DNA of 64,000 nucleotides from Maridesulfovibrio sp. (GTDB lineage: Bacteria > Desulfobacterota > Desulfovibrionia > Desulfovibrionales > Desulfovibrionaceae). Below the pieces are notes generated by a model. That model had not been told where the DNA came from, made no database searches, and was given only the letters and a program-made list of their open reading frames with translations. Shown piece by piece: positions 8,960 to 19,384 of the stretch (position 1 is its first letter; the number at the start of each line of letters is the position of its first letter). The stretch covers positions 3,629,381 to 3,693,380 of the forward strand of contig NZ_OY787459.1 in NCBI RefSeq assembly GCF_963678865.1, read 5' to 3'. The translations under genes were made by a program, and so were the position numbers.

Positions 8960-9736
8960 TTGATTAAGAAAAGTACCAACAGAGATGACTATCAGTATGT
9001 CAGTAACCCTTTTTCCGCTATGTCCAATGAATTCTCAACCGGGCATATTATCGCCGAACACCGTCATGTCAGAGCGCAACTTGTTTTTGCTGAGTCAGGT
9101 GTAATGGAAATATATGCTGACCATAAATGCTGGTTTATCCCTCCCCAACGGGCTTTTTGGCTGCCCTCCAATGTCCCCCATTCTATGCGGGCCCACGGAC
9201 TTGTCGCATTAAGAACGTTTTATGTTGCACCGGATATGTGTCGTACAGATGCTCCAGATCACCCTCTGGCTGTAAAAGTTTCTCGTTTGCTGCATGAACT
9301 TTTGGTCGCGGCAGCCAGTATTCCTGTTGATTATGATCTGAATGGGCGCGATGGATTACTGATGCAGTTGATTAATGAAGAAATCAATTGGGCGGATGGG
9401 GAGTTGTTCAACCTAGCATGGCCAGAGGATGAACGTATCAGGCATATTTGTGAGCAGTTAAAAGATTACCCTGCCGACTCCCGGTCCTTGAAAGAATGGG
9501 GGGAATTGATTGGGTCCTCACATAGAACCTTGTCCCGTTTATTCAGGAAAGAAACAGGGGTTACTTTCATGGAGTGGAGGCAGCAGGCGCGTATTCTCTA
9601 CGCTCTCCCCCTGCTGTTGTCAGGAGTGTCGGTATTGGAAACAGCATTGGCTGTGGGATATGAGACACCGAGTTCTTTTTCAGCTTTGTTTCGGCGTTTA
9701 GTCGGATTGTCTCCCCGTGAATATTTGAAAAAGTAA
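8960..9736 (+). CDS. AraC-family transcriptional regulator (cupin sensor domain plus HTH)
   Basis: ORF 8915..9736. The C-terminal part, SRSLKEWGELIGSSHRTLSRLFRKETGVTFMEWRQQARI...GYETPSSFSALFRRLVGLSPREY, is an AraC HTH. I prefer the TTG at 8960, which has AGGAG 7 nt upstream. Confidence 0.85.
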   Translation: MIKKSTNRDDYQYVSNPFSAMSNEFSTGHIIAEHRHVRAQLVFAESGVMEIYADHKCWFIPPQRAFWLPSNVPHSMRAHGLVALRTFYVAPDMCRTDAPDHPLAVKVSRLLHELLVAAASIPVDYDLNGRDGLLMQLINEEINWADGELFNLAWPEDERIRHICEQLKDYPADSRSLKEWGELIGSSHRTLSRLFRKETGVTFMEWRQQARILYALPLLLSGVSVLETALAVGYETPSSFSALFRRLVGLSPREYLKK

Positions 9737-9860
9737 ATGTGAATTGTCCTGTTTGGCGTTCTTTTTTTCCGTTTAGCGTTCGACGGGACATCGTCTGTAC
9801 TCCTAGTATGCACCGTCTGTAGATCACTTTGTCTGCAGATTCTGTATCGAAGGAGATTAT

Positions 9861-11081
9861 ATGTATAATGTGAGAAAAAGAATGACGCTGGCTTTTATAC
9901 TTGGGCTGGTCATTCTTTGTCAGGCGGCAATTGACATTTACCTACCATCGCTTCCACAAATGGCTCACCACTTTGGTGCTTCTGTGGATCAGGCTCAGAT
10001 GACAGTTTCCATTTATTTGTTTGGATTTGGCGGGTCACAGATTTTTTATGGTCCTCTTGCAGATCGTTTCGGCAGAATGCCGGTTTTATTGTTTGGGTTG
10101 CCTTTGTTCGTAATATCGAGCTTTGGTATAGTGTGGGCACCAACTATTAATTTTATTTTGTTGTTTCGTTTTTTTCAGGGAGCTGCTGTCGGGGCCGCAA
10201 GTGTCTGTGCTCGGGCCATAATGCGTGATGTTTTTACTTCAGAGGAACTTCCTGTCGTTTCGTCATATATGTCAATGGGCTGGGCCTTTGTTCCAATTCT
10301 TGCCCCTACGCTCGGCGGTATAATTCAACAGCATTTTGGCTGGAAATATTCTTTTATACTCTTGGGCCTTTTAGGACTGATCTTAACCGGATGGCTTGTA
10401 ATTTGTGTCGGCGAAACTGGCCGCAACCGTTCTACAGGTCTTTCTCTTACGCGCGTTACGAAAGAGTATTGCGGTCTTTTTAAAGAATCGGAATTTAAAA
10501 AGAACCTGCTTCTGCTGGTACTGCTGTACAGCGTCTTCAGCTGCGTCAATGTGGCAGGACCTGTTATATTTCAACAACAGTACAATGTTTCTGCCATACA
10601 ATATGGGTGGATTATGCTGGTTGTAGCTTCAGGTTATTTTGTAGGATCATTCCTTAATAGCAGGCTTTTACTCAGGATGTATCCTGTCCGTATTATCGGT
10701 ATGGGGGCGTTTCTTCTTTTCATCGCTGCGTTAGGAGGTTTGCTTATTGAATTGTCTGGGGGGGCGACTGTCAGCACTTTAATGTGCTCCCTATTTGTTG
10801 CATATCTTGCTTTGGGGCTTATTTTTGCCAATGCCATTTCGGCGAGTCTGCGTCCGTTTTCTAAGCTGGCTGGTATTGCAAGCTCTATGTACGGGGTTAT
10901 TCTTTTTTGTTCTGGCGCTGTGGTCAGTGCCGGATATGCATTGTTTTTTGAGTCATGCAGCACCAACCTTGCGTATGCATTGTGTCTGATTAGCGGACTG
11001 ATGTTATTTAGCTATTGGTTCTTTTTCTCAAAAAAAATAAGGAGAGATAAATGTCGTCATTTTTTATCGAGAAGTGCCTGA
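9861..11081 (+). CDS. MFS drug-efflux transporter, Bcr/CflA family
   Basis: 12-TM pattern. AIDIYLPSLPQMAHHFGAS and GPLADRFGRMPVLL are typical Bcr/CflA motifs. It lies downstream of the AraC regulator. Confidence 0.87.
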   Translation: MYNVRKRMTLAFILGLVILCQAAIDIYLPSLPQMAHHFGASVDQAQMTVSIYLFGFGGSQIFYGPLADRFGRMPVLLFGLPLFVISSFGIVWAPTINFILLFRFFQGAAVGAASVCARAIMRDVFTSEELPVVSSYMSMGWAFVPILAPTLGGIIQQHFGWKYSFILLGLLGLILTGWLVICVGETGRNRSTGLSLTRVTKEYCGLFKESEFKKNLLLLVLLYSVFSCVNVAGPVIFQQQYNVSAIQYGWIMLVVASGYFVGSFLNSRLLLRMYPVRIIGMGAFLLFIAALGGLLIELSGGATVSTLMCSLFVAYLALGLIFANAISASLRPFSKLAGIASSMYGVILFCSGAVVSAGYALFFESCSTNLAYALCLISGLMLFSYWFFFSKKIRRDKCRHFLSRSA

Positions 11082-11173
11082 TCCCAAAATTGAAAAACTC
11101 CCCGCCTGGCGCAGGGAGTTTTAGGGTACGGAAGAGTTGATTAGTAAAAATTCCGTAATATTTATCCGCTCAG

Positions 11174-12451
11174 CTATGAAACTTCCGGGTTTGCATTTAA
11201 AATCTCGCGCGGTTTTTTGAGCATTAAGATCGCCGCCGCGCCGATAAAACAGCATGTGCCGCAGATTGTGAAGGCCAGCGGGAAATTGTTTATATCCCCC
11301 AGCATTCCTCCGAGCAAGGGACCTCCTATTCCGCCTGCTCCGTAAGCGAGGAAGATATAGGGGTAGTTCTGCCCCACGTTTTTGGTTCCGAAGGTGTCGG
11401 CTGTGATGGTGGGGAAGAGGGCAAAGTTGCCGCCGAAGTTGAATCCGATAATGGTCGCTCCCACATAAAGCAGAAAAGCATTCCCGGCCATGGCGGTGAA
11501 AGCAAGCAGGGTTGCGCCCTGAATTGCGTTCATGAGCAGGATGGAACGCTTGCGGCCCAGCTTGTCACTCATTGAGCCCCAGATGATACGGCCCAGTCCG
11601 TTGGCAAGGCTGAAAAAGACAGCCATGGCTGTTCCGGCTATAGCACTTGCCTCGGCTGCACTATGGCCGGAAGCCTGTAATGCCTCCATGGGGTAGAGTT
11701 TCATCAGCCCGATGGACATGAGGCCGGCGGCGGCACTGAAAGTGAAAGTGGTGAAGATGAGGTAGAATTGCGGAGTCTTGAGCATCTCGGTGGTGCTGAA
11801 GTTCTCTTCTTCTACTTCATTTGCTGCTGCGGGGTTGGTTTCAGGGTGGTAACCTTCAGGTACCCATCCTTCCGGGGGGAAACGCATCCAGATACCACCT
11901 GCTGCAATCATTAAACAGAAGAGCAGGCCGTATAGTGAGAATGTGGCGGAAAGACCGATTGTACCGATCAGATTACCCCATGCTCCGGCCAGCTTTACCC
12001 AGGCCATGGCTCCGAAACCGAATCCGGCTACAGCCAGTCCGGTGATGAATCCTTTTTTATCGGGAAACCAACGCATGCCCACAGCAATGGGAACCACGTA
12101 ACCAAGGCCGATTCCGGCACCGCCGATAAGCCCGATGAAAAAGCACAGGGCTGTGAAGCTGGTTCCTCCGGTAATTCCGGCAAGGGCATAGCCTGCTCCC
12201 AATACAAGGGCACTGAGGAAGGAAAGTTTCATTGGCCCCCACTGGGCAATTTTTTTCCCGGCCCAGACCATGGAAATAGCGAAACTGACCAGCCCGATGG
12301 AAAAAACAACCTGAGTTTGAAACTTGTTCCAGCCAGCCTCAATCAGTGAGGGTGTGAACACCGACCATGCATAGATTGCCCCCAATGCCAGTTGCATGAG
12401 CACCGCTCCCGCAACAGCAAACCATCTGTTCATTACTCTCATGTCACTCAT
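11174..12451 (-). CDS. MFS transporter, oxalate/formate antiporter (OFA) family
   Basis: The N-terminus NRWFAVAGAVLMQLALGAIYAWSVF is characteristic of the OFA family. 425 aa and polytopic. Confidence 0.85.
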   Translation of the reverse strand: MSDMRVMNRWFAVAGAVLMQLALGAIYAWSVFTPSLIEAGWNKFQTQVVFSIGLVSFAISMVWAGKKIAQWGPMKLSFLSALVLGAGYALAGITGGTSFTALCFFIGLIGGAGIGLGYVVPIAVGMRWFPDKKGFITGLAVAGFGFGAMAWVKLAGAWGNLIGTIGLSATFSLYGLLFCLMIAAGGIWMRFPPEGWVPEGYHPETNPAAANEVEEENFSTTEMLKTPQFYLIFTTFTFSAAAGLMSIGLMKLYPMEALQASGHSAAEASAIAGTAMAVFFSLANGLGRIIWGSMSDKLGRKRSILLMNAIQGATLLAFTAMAGNAFLLYVGATIIGFNFGGNFALFPTITADTFGTKNVGQNYPYIFLAYGAGGIGGPLLGGMLGDINNFPLAFTICGTCCFIGAAAILMLKKPREILNANPEVS

Positions 12452-12669
12452 TTCGTCCCCTGGTTTTGAAGTTGATCTTTATCTGTGTCTCCAATCCGGG
12501 TCTTTTCTGCTGTTCTCCTTATCCGTTCTGTCATAAAAGCATGGCCGTGCTTTTGATGCATTCTATTTTCGGTGAACGGGGATACGAAATGAGTTTTTGT
12601 GTTTGGGAACGCTTAGTTACCGCCTGTCTGGAGAAAATCTCCGTTTATGGGAATTTTAAGAGATGTTAC

Positions 12670-13296
12670 TCACTCAATGATCATGTCCTCGAATGATTCA
12701 CGCCAGCCTTTGGGGGGTACTTGAGTTCCCGGCTTCAGATAGCCGATGGCAATAAGCATTGGAATCCAGTAGTTATCAGGGATGTTGAACTCTTTACGTA
12801 CAGCTTCATGGTCGAAACCGTCCATGGGATGAGACTCCAAACCGTTTGCGGTGGCTGCGTACATCAGGGACATGGCGAAAAGACCAGTGTTTTTATTGGC
12901 AAATGCCTGTGCCGCCATTTCGTCGCGTCCGTACAAACCTTGGGTTACCCCGGCAAACCATTCTTTCTGCTCCGCTTGCATTTTTCCTGACTCAACAAAG
13001 TCGTTGAATACATTTTCAACAGTGGATTTTTCCAGCTTCCATCCTTCGCGGTCTGCAAGCAGGATGAGGATTACCGGAGCTTCGGTTACCTTGGGCTGGT
13101 CGAAGGCCAGTGCACGCAGGGCCTGTTTGCGCTCTTTGTCACGGACAACTTTCAGTTTCCACGGCTGCAGGTTGTAGCTGGATGGGGCTTTTGCAGCCTG
13201 CTCGACAATTTTCTTCAGCAATTGCTGCTCGACATCGCGTTCAGGGTCAAAATAATTTACGGCTCTTCTTTTTTCCAAAATTTCAGGGAAGTTCAT
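12670..13296 (-). CDS. nitroreductase family protein
   Basis: RRAVNYFDPERDV...AKAPSSYNLQPWKLKVV is a nitroreductase signature. 208 aa. Confidence 0.88.
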   Translation of the reverse strand: MNFPEILEKRRAVNYFDPERDVEQQLLKKIVEQAAKAPSSYNLQPWKLKVVRDKERKQALRALAFDQPKVTEAPVILILLADREGWKLEKSTVENVFNDFVESGKMQAEQKEWFAGVTQGLYGRDEMAAQAFANKNTGLFAMSLMYAATANGLESHPMDGFDHEAVRKEFNIPDNYWIPMLIAIGYLKPGTQVPPKGWRESFEDMIIE

Positions 13297-14155
13297 TTAA
13301 CAATCCTTGTGGTTTAGGGTGCTTGATAAAAGTGCCTTGCGCATATTCCTGAAAAGCTTTTTCCAGTTCTTCTGCGGTATGCATTACAATAGGACCACGC
13401 CAATAAATCATTTCATTAATGGGTTTTCCGGTAAGCAGCAGGAAACTGAGCGGAGAGTCTCCGGCATTGATTACCAGCTTGTCACCGTCGTCAAAAAGGA
13501 CCAGCGATCGATTTTTTACTTTTTGGCCGTTAACCGTACCGTTGCCGGCGGTTACATAGATAAAGGCCGTGTAACCTCGCTTGGTGGGGTGAGTGAATTC
13601 ATTTCCGGCGGGAATTTTTATATCCAGATATTCCGGGTCAATGCCGATGCCTTTCGCCGGGCCTTTTATACCGTCTACTTCTCCGGCAATAATTTTGATA
13701 AAGCTACCGTCTTCGCGCTTCACAGTTGGGATGTCATCAGCTGGAATTTCACGGTATTCAGGGTTAATCATTTTATTTTCTGAGCTTAAATTAGCCCAGA
13801 GCTGGAATCCGTGCATGGATCCGTTTTCGTCCCCCTTGGGCATTTCCTGATGGATTATTCCACTGCCGGCAGTCATCCACTGTACATTGCCTGCCCCGGT
13901 AACAGCCGAATTGCCGAGACTGTCCCCGTGTTCCACATCGCCCTTCAAAAGGTAGGTAATGGTTTCAATACCCCGGTGGGGATGCCACGGGAATCCTTTT
14001 AAATAATCTTCGGGATTGTCGGACCGGAAGTCATCAAGCATAAGGAAAGGATCGAAAAGGGAGGCTTCAAAGTATCCGAAGGCCCGGTGTAGTTTTACTC
14101 CGGCACCTTCATGTACAGGTTCGCCGTAAAAAATCTGCTGAATTTCACGCCGCAT
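13283..14155 (-). CDS. pirin family protein
   Basis: GFPWHPHRGIETITYLLKGDVEHGDSLGN is the pirin cupin motif. I chose the ATG at 14155 because AGGAGA lies 6 nt upstream; the track start at 14170 is a TTG. Confidence 0.9.
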   Translation of the reverse strand: MRREIQQIFYGEPVHEGAGVKLHRAFGYFEASLFDPFLMLDDFRSDNPEDYLKGFPWHPHRGIETITYLLKGDVEHGDSLGNSAVTGAGNVQWMTAGSGIIHQEMPKGDENGSMHGFQLWANLSSENKMINPEYREIPADDIPTVKREDGSFIKIIAGEVDGIKGPAKGIGIDPEYLDIKIPAGNEFTHPTKRGYTAFIYVTAGNGTVNGQKVKNRSLVLFDDGDKLVINAGDSPLSFLLLTGKPINEMIYWRGPIVMHTAEELEKAFQEYAQGTFIKHPKPQGLLNELP

Positions 14156-14231
14156 TGCTTTCTCCTGCAAAGACTATTGAGTCGACTGATCATGATAGTA
14201 TCAACTCAGAGTGGATTTGCAAGAGTGAGGA

Positions 14232-14312
14232 CAAAAAAATAGACCGGAATACACGATGCTTCCATAGCCACCTTCCAAAATAGATAGAAGCATTTTTCGT
14301 GTATTCCGGTCT
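14232..14312 (-). terminator. intrinsic terminator downstream of acs (long interrupted hairpin)
   Basis: AGACCGGAATACACGATGCTTC (14241-14262) pairs with GAAGCA-TTTT-TCGTGTATTCCGGTCT (14287-14312). On the minus strand the stem is followed by a U7 run (A-run at 14233-14239). Confidence 0.75.
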
Positions 14313-14395
14313 CATCCGGTACAGAGCCAGCTGCTGAATTATTGCCCGGCTCTTTTAAAAGAGCCGGGCAACTTCCGGGCAACCTTTTGCCATAC

Positions 14396-16381
14396 TTATG
14401 GATTCATTATTTCTTCATAACCTTCGATGAGATCGGTCACTACTGAAGGATCAGCCAGTGTCGAAGTATCACCGAGGTTCGAAGTGTCGCCTTCTACAAT
14501 CTTGCGCAGGATACGGCGCATGATTTTCCCGCTACGGGTCTTGGGCAGGGATGGAGCGAACTGGATCACTTCCGGGGCCGCCAGGGGACCGATTTCCTTA
14601 CGGACGTGCATACGCAGATCTTTAATCAGGTCGTCGTCTTCATCGTATTCGGACTTGAGGGTTACGTAGGCGTAAATGGACTGCCCTTTTACCTCGTGAG
14701 GCATGCCTACAACCGCTGCTTCGGAAACTGCCGGGTGGGAAACCAGTGCGGATTCAATTTCAGCGGTTCCAAGCCTGTGGCCTGAAACGTTGATTACGTC
14801 ATCCACACGGCCCATAATCCAGAAGTAACCGTCTTCGTCCCTGCGTGCTCCGTCTCCGGATTCGTATACGCCGGGGAAGCCTTCAAAGTACTGCTGCTTG
14901 AACCTTTCCTGATTGCCCCAGACGCCGCGCAGCATACCGGGCCACGGTTTACGGATTACAAGAAAACCGCCTTCATTGGGACCGACTTCTTCGCCGTGGC
15001 GGTCCACGATAGCCGCATCAATGCCGGGCAGCGGGAGGGTTGCCGAGCCGGGCTTGAGCGGTGTGGCGTAAGGCAGCGGAGAAAGTATATGTCCTCCTGT
15101 TTCCGTCTGCCACCATGTATCAATTATGGGCAGTTTACTTGCACCGATATTTTCGTGGTACCACATCCATGCTTCCGGGTTGATCGGTTCACCGACTGTG
15201 CCGAGAATGCGCAGGCTGGAGAGATCGTATTTCTTGGTCCACTGGTCGCCTTCACGCATGAGGGCGCGGATGGCAGTGGGTGCGGTGTAGAAGATGTTTA
15301 CACGGAATTTTTCACAAACCTGCCAGAACCTTGCCGGGTCCGGGTAGGTGGGAACGGATTCGAACATGATGCTGGTGGCACCAAGAGCCAGCGGTCCGTA
15401 AACAATGTAAGAGTGTCCGGTTACCCAGCCGATATCGGCGGTACACCAGTGAACATCATTATCCTTGAGGTCGAAGACCCATTGGCAGGTGTGGGCGGCA
15501 TAGGTCAGGTAGCCGCCGGTGGTGTGGAAAACGCCTTTGGGCTTACCGGTGCTGCCGGAGGTATAGAGGATGAAGAGCGGATCTTCGGAATCCATCAGCT
15601 CGTAGGGGCAGTTGTCGGTTATTTCCGGGTCTTCCATGAGTTCGGACCAGAGACGGTCACGGCCTTCGACCATTTCAACTTCATTGTTAGCTCTGGGAAC
15701 AACGATGCACTGTTCAATGGAAGGGCATTCCTTAAGTGCTTCGTCGGAATTTGGTTTGAGCGGAATTTTTCGTCCTCCGCGCAATACTCCGTCTCCGGTG
15801 ATGTGTACTTTTGCGCCGCAGTCATTGATGCGGTCACGCAGGCTGTTGGAGCTGAAGCCCGCGAAAATGATGGAGTGGGGTGCCCCGATGCGGGTACAGG
15901 CCAGCATGGCGATAGCCAGTTCCGGGATCATCGGCAGGTAGATGGAAACCCGGTCACCTTTCTGAACGCCCATTTTTTTGAGCACGTTGGCAAAGCGGCA
16001 TACTTCGCGATGAAGCATATCGTAGGTGTATACCTTTACTTCGTGGTCTTCCTCGCCCTGCCATATGAGTGCGGCCTTGTTGCGGCGCCCATTTGCAATA
16101 TGGCGGTCAAGGCAGTTGGCAGAGGCGTTGAGCTTGCCGCCTTCGAACCATTTGATTTCCGGTTTGTAGAAATCATAATCAAGAACATTGTCCCACTTCT
16201 TGTCCCATGTAAGCAGTTCTTCGGCGCGTTCAGCCCAGAAACCTTCCATGTCGTTAATAGAACGGTCATAGATAGCTTTATATTCTTCAAGGCCATTCAC
16301 GCATGCTCCGGGGAAATCGGCAGGAGGATTAAAAAGTCTGTTTTCTTTGGAGAGACTTTCAATTTTTTGTTCTTCAGTCAT
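14396..16381 (-). CDS. acs: acetyl-CoA synthetase
   Basis: 661 aa with [11 protein letters not shown], the AMP-binding core and the C-terminal SGKIMRR motif. Full-length Acs architecture. Confidence 0.97.
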   Translation of the reverse strand: MTEEQKIESLSKENRLFNPPADFPGACVNGLEEYKAIYDRSINDMEGFWAERAEELLTWDKKWDNVLDYDFYKPEIKWFEGGKLNASANCLDRHIANGRRNKAALIWQGEEDHEVKVYTYDMLHREVCRFANVLKKMGVQKGDRVSIYLPMIPELAIAMLACTRIGAPHSIIFAGFSSNSLRDRINDCGAKVHITGDGVLRGGRKIPLKPNSDEALKECPSIEQCIVVPRANNEVEMVEGRDRLWSELMEDPEITDNCPYELMDSEDPLFILYTSGSTGKPKGVFHTTGGYLTYAAHTCQWVFDLKDNDVHWCTADIGWVTGHSYIVYGPLALGATSIMFESVPTYPDPARFWQVCEKFRVNIFYTAPTAIRALMREGDQWTKKYDLSSLRILGTVGEPINPEAWMWYHENIGASKLPIIDTWWQTETGGHILSPLPYATPLKPGSATLPLPGIDAAIVDRHGEEVGPNEGGFLVIRKPWPGMLRGVWGNQERFKQQYFEGFPGVYESGDGARRDEDGYFWIMGRVDDVINVSGHRLGTAEIESALVSHPAVSEAAVVGMPHEVKGQSIYAYVTLKSEYDEDDDLIKDLRMHVRKEIGPLAAPEVIQFAPSLPKTRSGKIMRRILRKIVEGDTSNLGDTSTLADPSVVTDLIEGYEEIMNP

Positions 16382-16636
16382 AGGTTGCCTCCTGAGAGTT
16401 TTTTAGTGCATGTGTCAGCAGAAAATTTTTACCGGATGTGAAGGTTATATACATTTTCCCGGTTACATGCACATGCTTTTCGATAAGCGGTGGCAGAAAA
16501 TCATTCAGTGGAGCAGAAAACCGTTTGGCGGAAAGTTTGTGCCGTTTACCCGTAGAAGTTACCGTTTGCTGTGAGTGGCGTTGTCTTCAGAGTTGCGGTA
16601 TACCAGTAAAAAATTAACAAAACGAAGCGGCGAATC

Positions 16637-16671
16637 AAAAGGGTTTAAGCCCCCGGAGGGCCGCCGGAGGC
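16637..16671. repeat. nested-palindrome intergenic element, copy C (right half)
   Basis: AAAAGGGTTTAAGCCCCCGGAGGGCCGCCGGAGGC ends 8 nt before the GT9 start codon. Confidence 0.8.
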
Positions 16672-16678
16672 TCTTCCC

Positions 16679-18226
16679 ATGAAAGCGCTAGTCATAAATC
16701 TCACCCGTTTCGGGGATTTACTGCAGACCCAGCCGGTAATTACGGCTTTGGCCGAGCAGGGCTATGAAGTCGGAGTCATGTGTTTGAAAAATTTTTCCGG
16801 GACAACACAGCTCCTACGCAATGTAGCACAAACTTTTCCTTTGCCCGGAGCATCGCTGCTTGCCGCTATTGACAGGGACTGGCGCGAGGCAATCAGTGTT
16901 TTTGAATCTTATTGCGCGGAAATTGAGGGAACTTTTAATCCTGCATTGGTAATCAACCTGACGCCAAGTGTTCCCTCGCGGCTGATTTCCCTCAGGCTTG
17001 GTCAAGGGCGCGAAGTGCGCGGCTTTGCCATGGATGAATTCGGTTTCAACGCGGATACCTCTCGCTGGGCCGGATTTTTGCAAATGGCATCCTCCAACCG
17101 CGGTGCCAGCCCGTTTAATGTCGTGGACCTTTTCAGCAGGGTGGCAGGCATAGATCGTCCGGCAGCCTTTGAACTGGCCGAGCCTGTACTAGAAATGAAA
17201 ATTGCGGCCTTGAAGCTGTTGGAAAATCCTGCTCCGGGGGCCAAAGGTTTTGTCGGTTTCCAGCCCGGAGCCAGTGAGGATCGCAGACGTTGGCCGGTTG
17301 CTTATTTCAGGGAGCTTGGTCACAGCTTGTGGAAACAAAAACGTATGGTTCCAGTTTTGCTGGGGACCGAAAGCGAGAAGGAACTGGGCCAGCGCATTCT
17401 TGAGGGGGCTAAATTTCCCGCCGTAAATCTTATGGGCGTTACTTCCCTGCAGGAACTTGCAGCGGTGTTGCGCCGTCTAAACCTGCTGGTGACTAATGAC
17501 ACAGGGACCATGCATCTTGCCGCCGGGTCAGGTACCCCGCTGGCGGCAATTTTTCTGGCTACAGCCCAGCCTTGGGATACCGGACCGGCTGCAGTCAATC
17601 TGTGTTGCTTTGAACCTGATCTTGATTGCCATCCCTGTCCTTTCGGGCAGAAGTGTATTCATGAAAATATATGCCGCCGGGCTGTAAGCCCTGAGACTGT
17701 TTTTGAAGCCGTCTCATTATTTATTGATAGCGGGGAGTGGCCGCAGCTGGAAAACAGAGGTGTTCGTGCATATCTTACAGGGCGTGACGAGCAGGGCATG
17801 ATGAGTCTGGTTTCCCTTTCCGGTCATGATCAGAGCGACCGCCATAAATGGATTTTTTTGCAGCGTGAGTTGTATCGTCGTTTTCTTGACGGAGAAGATG
17901 TTTCCGCCGCTGATCTGCCCCGGATTGAGCTTTCTACCGAGCTGCGGGAAAGATTGCTGGAATCCCTTGGCAACTGTCGGGATGTTTTGTTTCTGCTTAG
18001 CAGACAGGTGGTGCTTCTAAAGGCTGATCCCATTGAAGCCATGAAGATGAAGTTTTTAGCTAACCTGCAAAAAATACAGGATATTATGTCTTCGTGCCCC
18101 GAACTTTCCGTGCTCTCTTCCATGTGGATGATTGAGTCTCGGACTCACGAAAATCTGGATGGGGTTATGGATCAGTTGGCTCGTTATATGGCGCTTGTCG
18201 GAGCTTTATCTGCTGCTTTGGATTGA
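16679..18226 (+). CDS. glycosyltransferase family 9 (heptosyltransferase-like) with a ~170-aa C-terminal extension
   Basis: MKALVINLTRFGDLLQTQPVITAL and LLVTNDTGTMHLAAGSGTP are GT9 motifs. At 515 aa it is much longer than a canonical RfaF/RfaC. Confidence 0.82.
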   Translation: MKALVINLTRFGDLLQTQPVITALAEQGYEVGVMCLKNFSGTTQLLRNVAQTFPLPGASLLAAIDRDWREAISVFESYCAEIEGTFNPALVINLTPSVPSRLISLRLGQGREVRGFAMDEFGFNADTSRWAGFLQMASSNRGASPFNVVDLFSRVAGIDRPAAFELAEPVLEMKIAALKLLENPAPGAKGFVGFQPGASEDRRRWPVAYFRELGHSLWKQKRMVPVLLGTESEKELGQRILEGAKFPAVNLMGVTSLQELAAVLRRLNLLVTNDTGTMHLAAGSGTPLAAIFLATAQPWDTGPAAVNLCCFEPDLDCHPCPFGQKCIHENICRRAVSPETVFEAVSLFIDSGEWPQLENRGVRAYLTGRDEQGMMSLVSLSGHDQSDRHKWIFLQRELYRRFLDGEDVSAADLPRIELSTELRERLLESLGNCRDVLFLLSRQVVLLKADPIEAMKMKFLANLQKIQDIMSSCPELSVLSSMWMIESRTHENLDGVMDQLARYMALVGALSAALD

Positions 18227-18308
18227 GTATGGCATGAGTCTTGAATGATATATGGCGTACCGGACCAACCGGAAAAAATTACGTACCTAATTCAGGAGGA
18301 GAGTCATT

Positions 18309-18914
18309 ATGATCGTTATTGATGGAACCAAAACTGATCTCGACATCAGAAATTTTGAAAATCTTGAGCAGGTTTTTGATAAGGTGCTGGAATCAGGACA
18401 CCTGACAGACCGCATTGTAACTGATGTCATGGTTAACGATGAACCTTTCAGTGAAATTTATCCCAACCAGTCGGAAGATATTGAAACTTCAGAAATAGAC
18501 CGCCTTGAGATCATAAGTGCTTCCGCTATTGAGATGGCATCTGCTATCACACTTGAGCTGTACAAAGTTGTGCATATCATGTCCGGCGGCGGTAAGCAGG
18601 TCGCGGAACTTTTCAGGCAGGCCGATGATGCTGAAGCCCTTGAACTTTATCAGGATCTTCTTGATGTAGTCAGGGACTTTCTGAGTATGGTCGGTAACCT
18701 GCGTGACCAGTTTTCCCTTAAACACAGCGATGAATTTGAAAAGGTTGTGGAAGATTTTTCCGGTCTTTTTACTGAAATGACCGAAGTTCTTGAAAACGAG
18801 GACTGGATTTTGCTGGCTGATTTACTTGAATATGAATTCCTGCCTTCCGTTGAAAGATGGAAGAATGTTATCTCCGGTATTCGCGAGGATCTCAGGGAGG
18901 TAGCCAAGAGGTAG
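18309..18914 (+). CDS. hypothetical acidic protein
   Basis: 201-aa ORF with an AGGAGGAG RBS and good coding appearance. No family recognised. Confidence 0.65.
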   Translation: MIVIDGTKTDLDIRNFENLEQVFDKVLESGHLTDRIVTDVMVNDEPFSEIYPNQSEDIETSEIDRLEIISASAIEMASAITLELYKVVHIMSGGGKQVAELFRQADDAEALELYQDLLDVVRDFLSMVGNLRDQFSLKHSDEFEKVVEDFSGLFTEMTEVLENEDWILLADLLEYEFLPSVERWKNVISGIREDLREVAKR

Positions 18915-18920
18915 ACTGTT

Positions 18921-19274
18921 ATGGCCGAAACCTTGGAACTTCTGGATCAGGCTCTGGAAATCGGATACGAGGAACTTAGATTTCTTGTGGCAGGCGAGGT
19001 AGATGATGCCTTTGATGCTGCAGAAAGAAGAGGAGTGCTCACCACCCAGGCCCTTGAAACCAAAGAGAGCGTAAGTCTGGACCAGATTCTGGAAAAACTT
19101 AACAAGCTCAAGAATCTGCAGGGACAGCTTACTTCGGAGGCAAAGAAACTCCACGCTTCTCTCAGGGCAGATATCGGGCGGCTTAATAAGGAAAGTACCC
19201 GCTTCAAGGGGTACGGCAATGTCGCACGCGGCACCCCCTTGATCGCTAACCGTTACATCAACAAGGTTGGATAA
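18921..19274 (+). CDS. hypothetical coiled-coil protein
   Basis: 117-aa ORF starting 6 nt after the previous stop. Helical heptad-like sequence. No family recognised. Confidence 0.6.
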   Translation: MAETLELLDQALEIGYEELRFLVAGEVDDAFDAAERRGVLTTQALETKESVSLDQILEKLNKLKNLQGQLTSEAKKLHASLRADIGRLNKESTRFKGYGNVARGTPLIANRYINKVG

Positions 19275-19318
19275 ACCGCAGGACGATGCATAACTGTCCT
19301 TCTGCGTAACCACGGTAC

Positions 19319-19357
19319 AAAAAATCCCCCTGATGCATAAGCGTCAGGGGGATTTTT
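19319..19357. terminator. bidirectional terminator between convergent genes
   Basis: ATCCCCCTGA/TCAGGGGGAT stem flanked by A6 and T5. Confidence 0.8.
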
Positions 19358-19384
19358 GAGTCTGATTTCAGTCAAATTTTTCTG

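Noticed and set aside
14996-16441. 481-aa ORF on the plus strand
   Set aside because: It lies entirely antisense to acs, whose identity is unambiguous. Its composition (Gly/Val/Arg-rich, no motifs) is typical of a shadow ORF.
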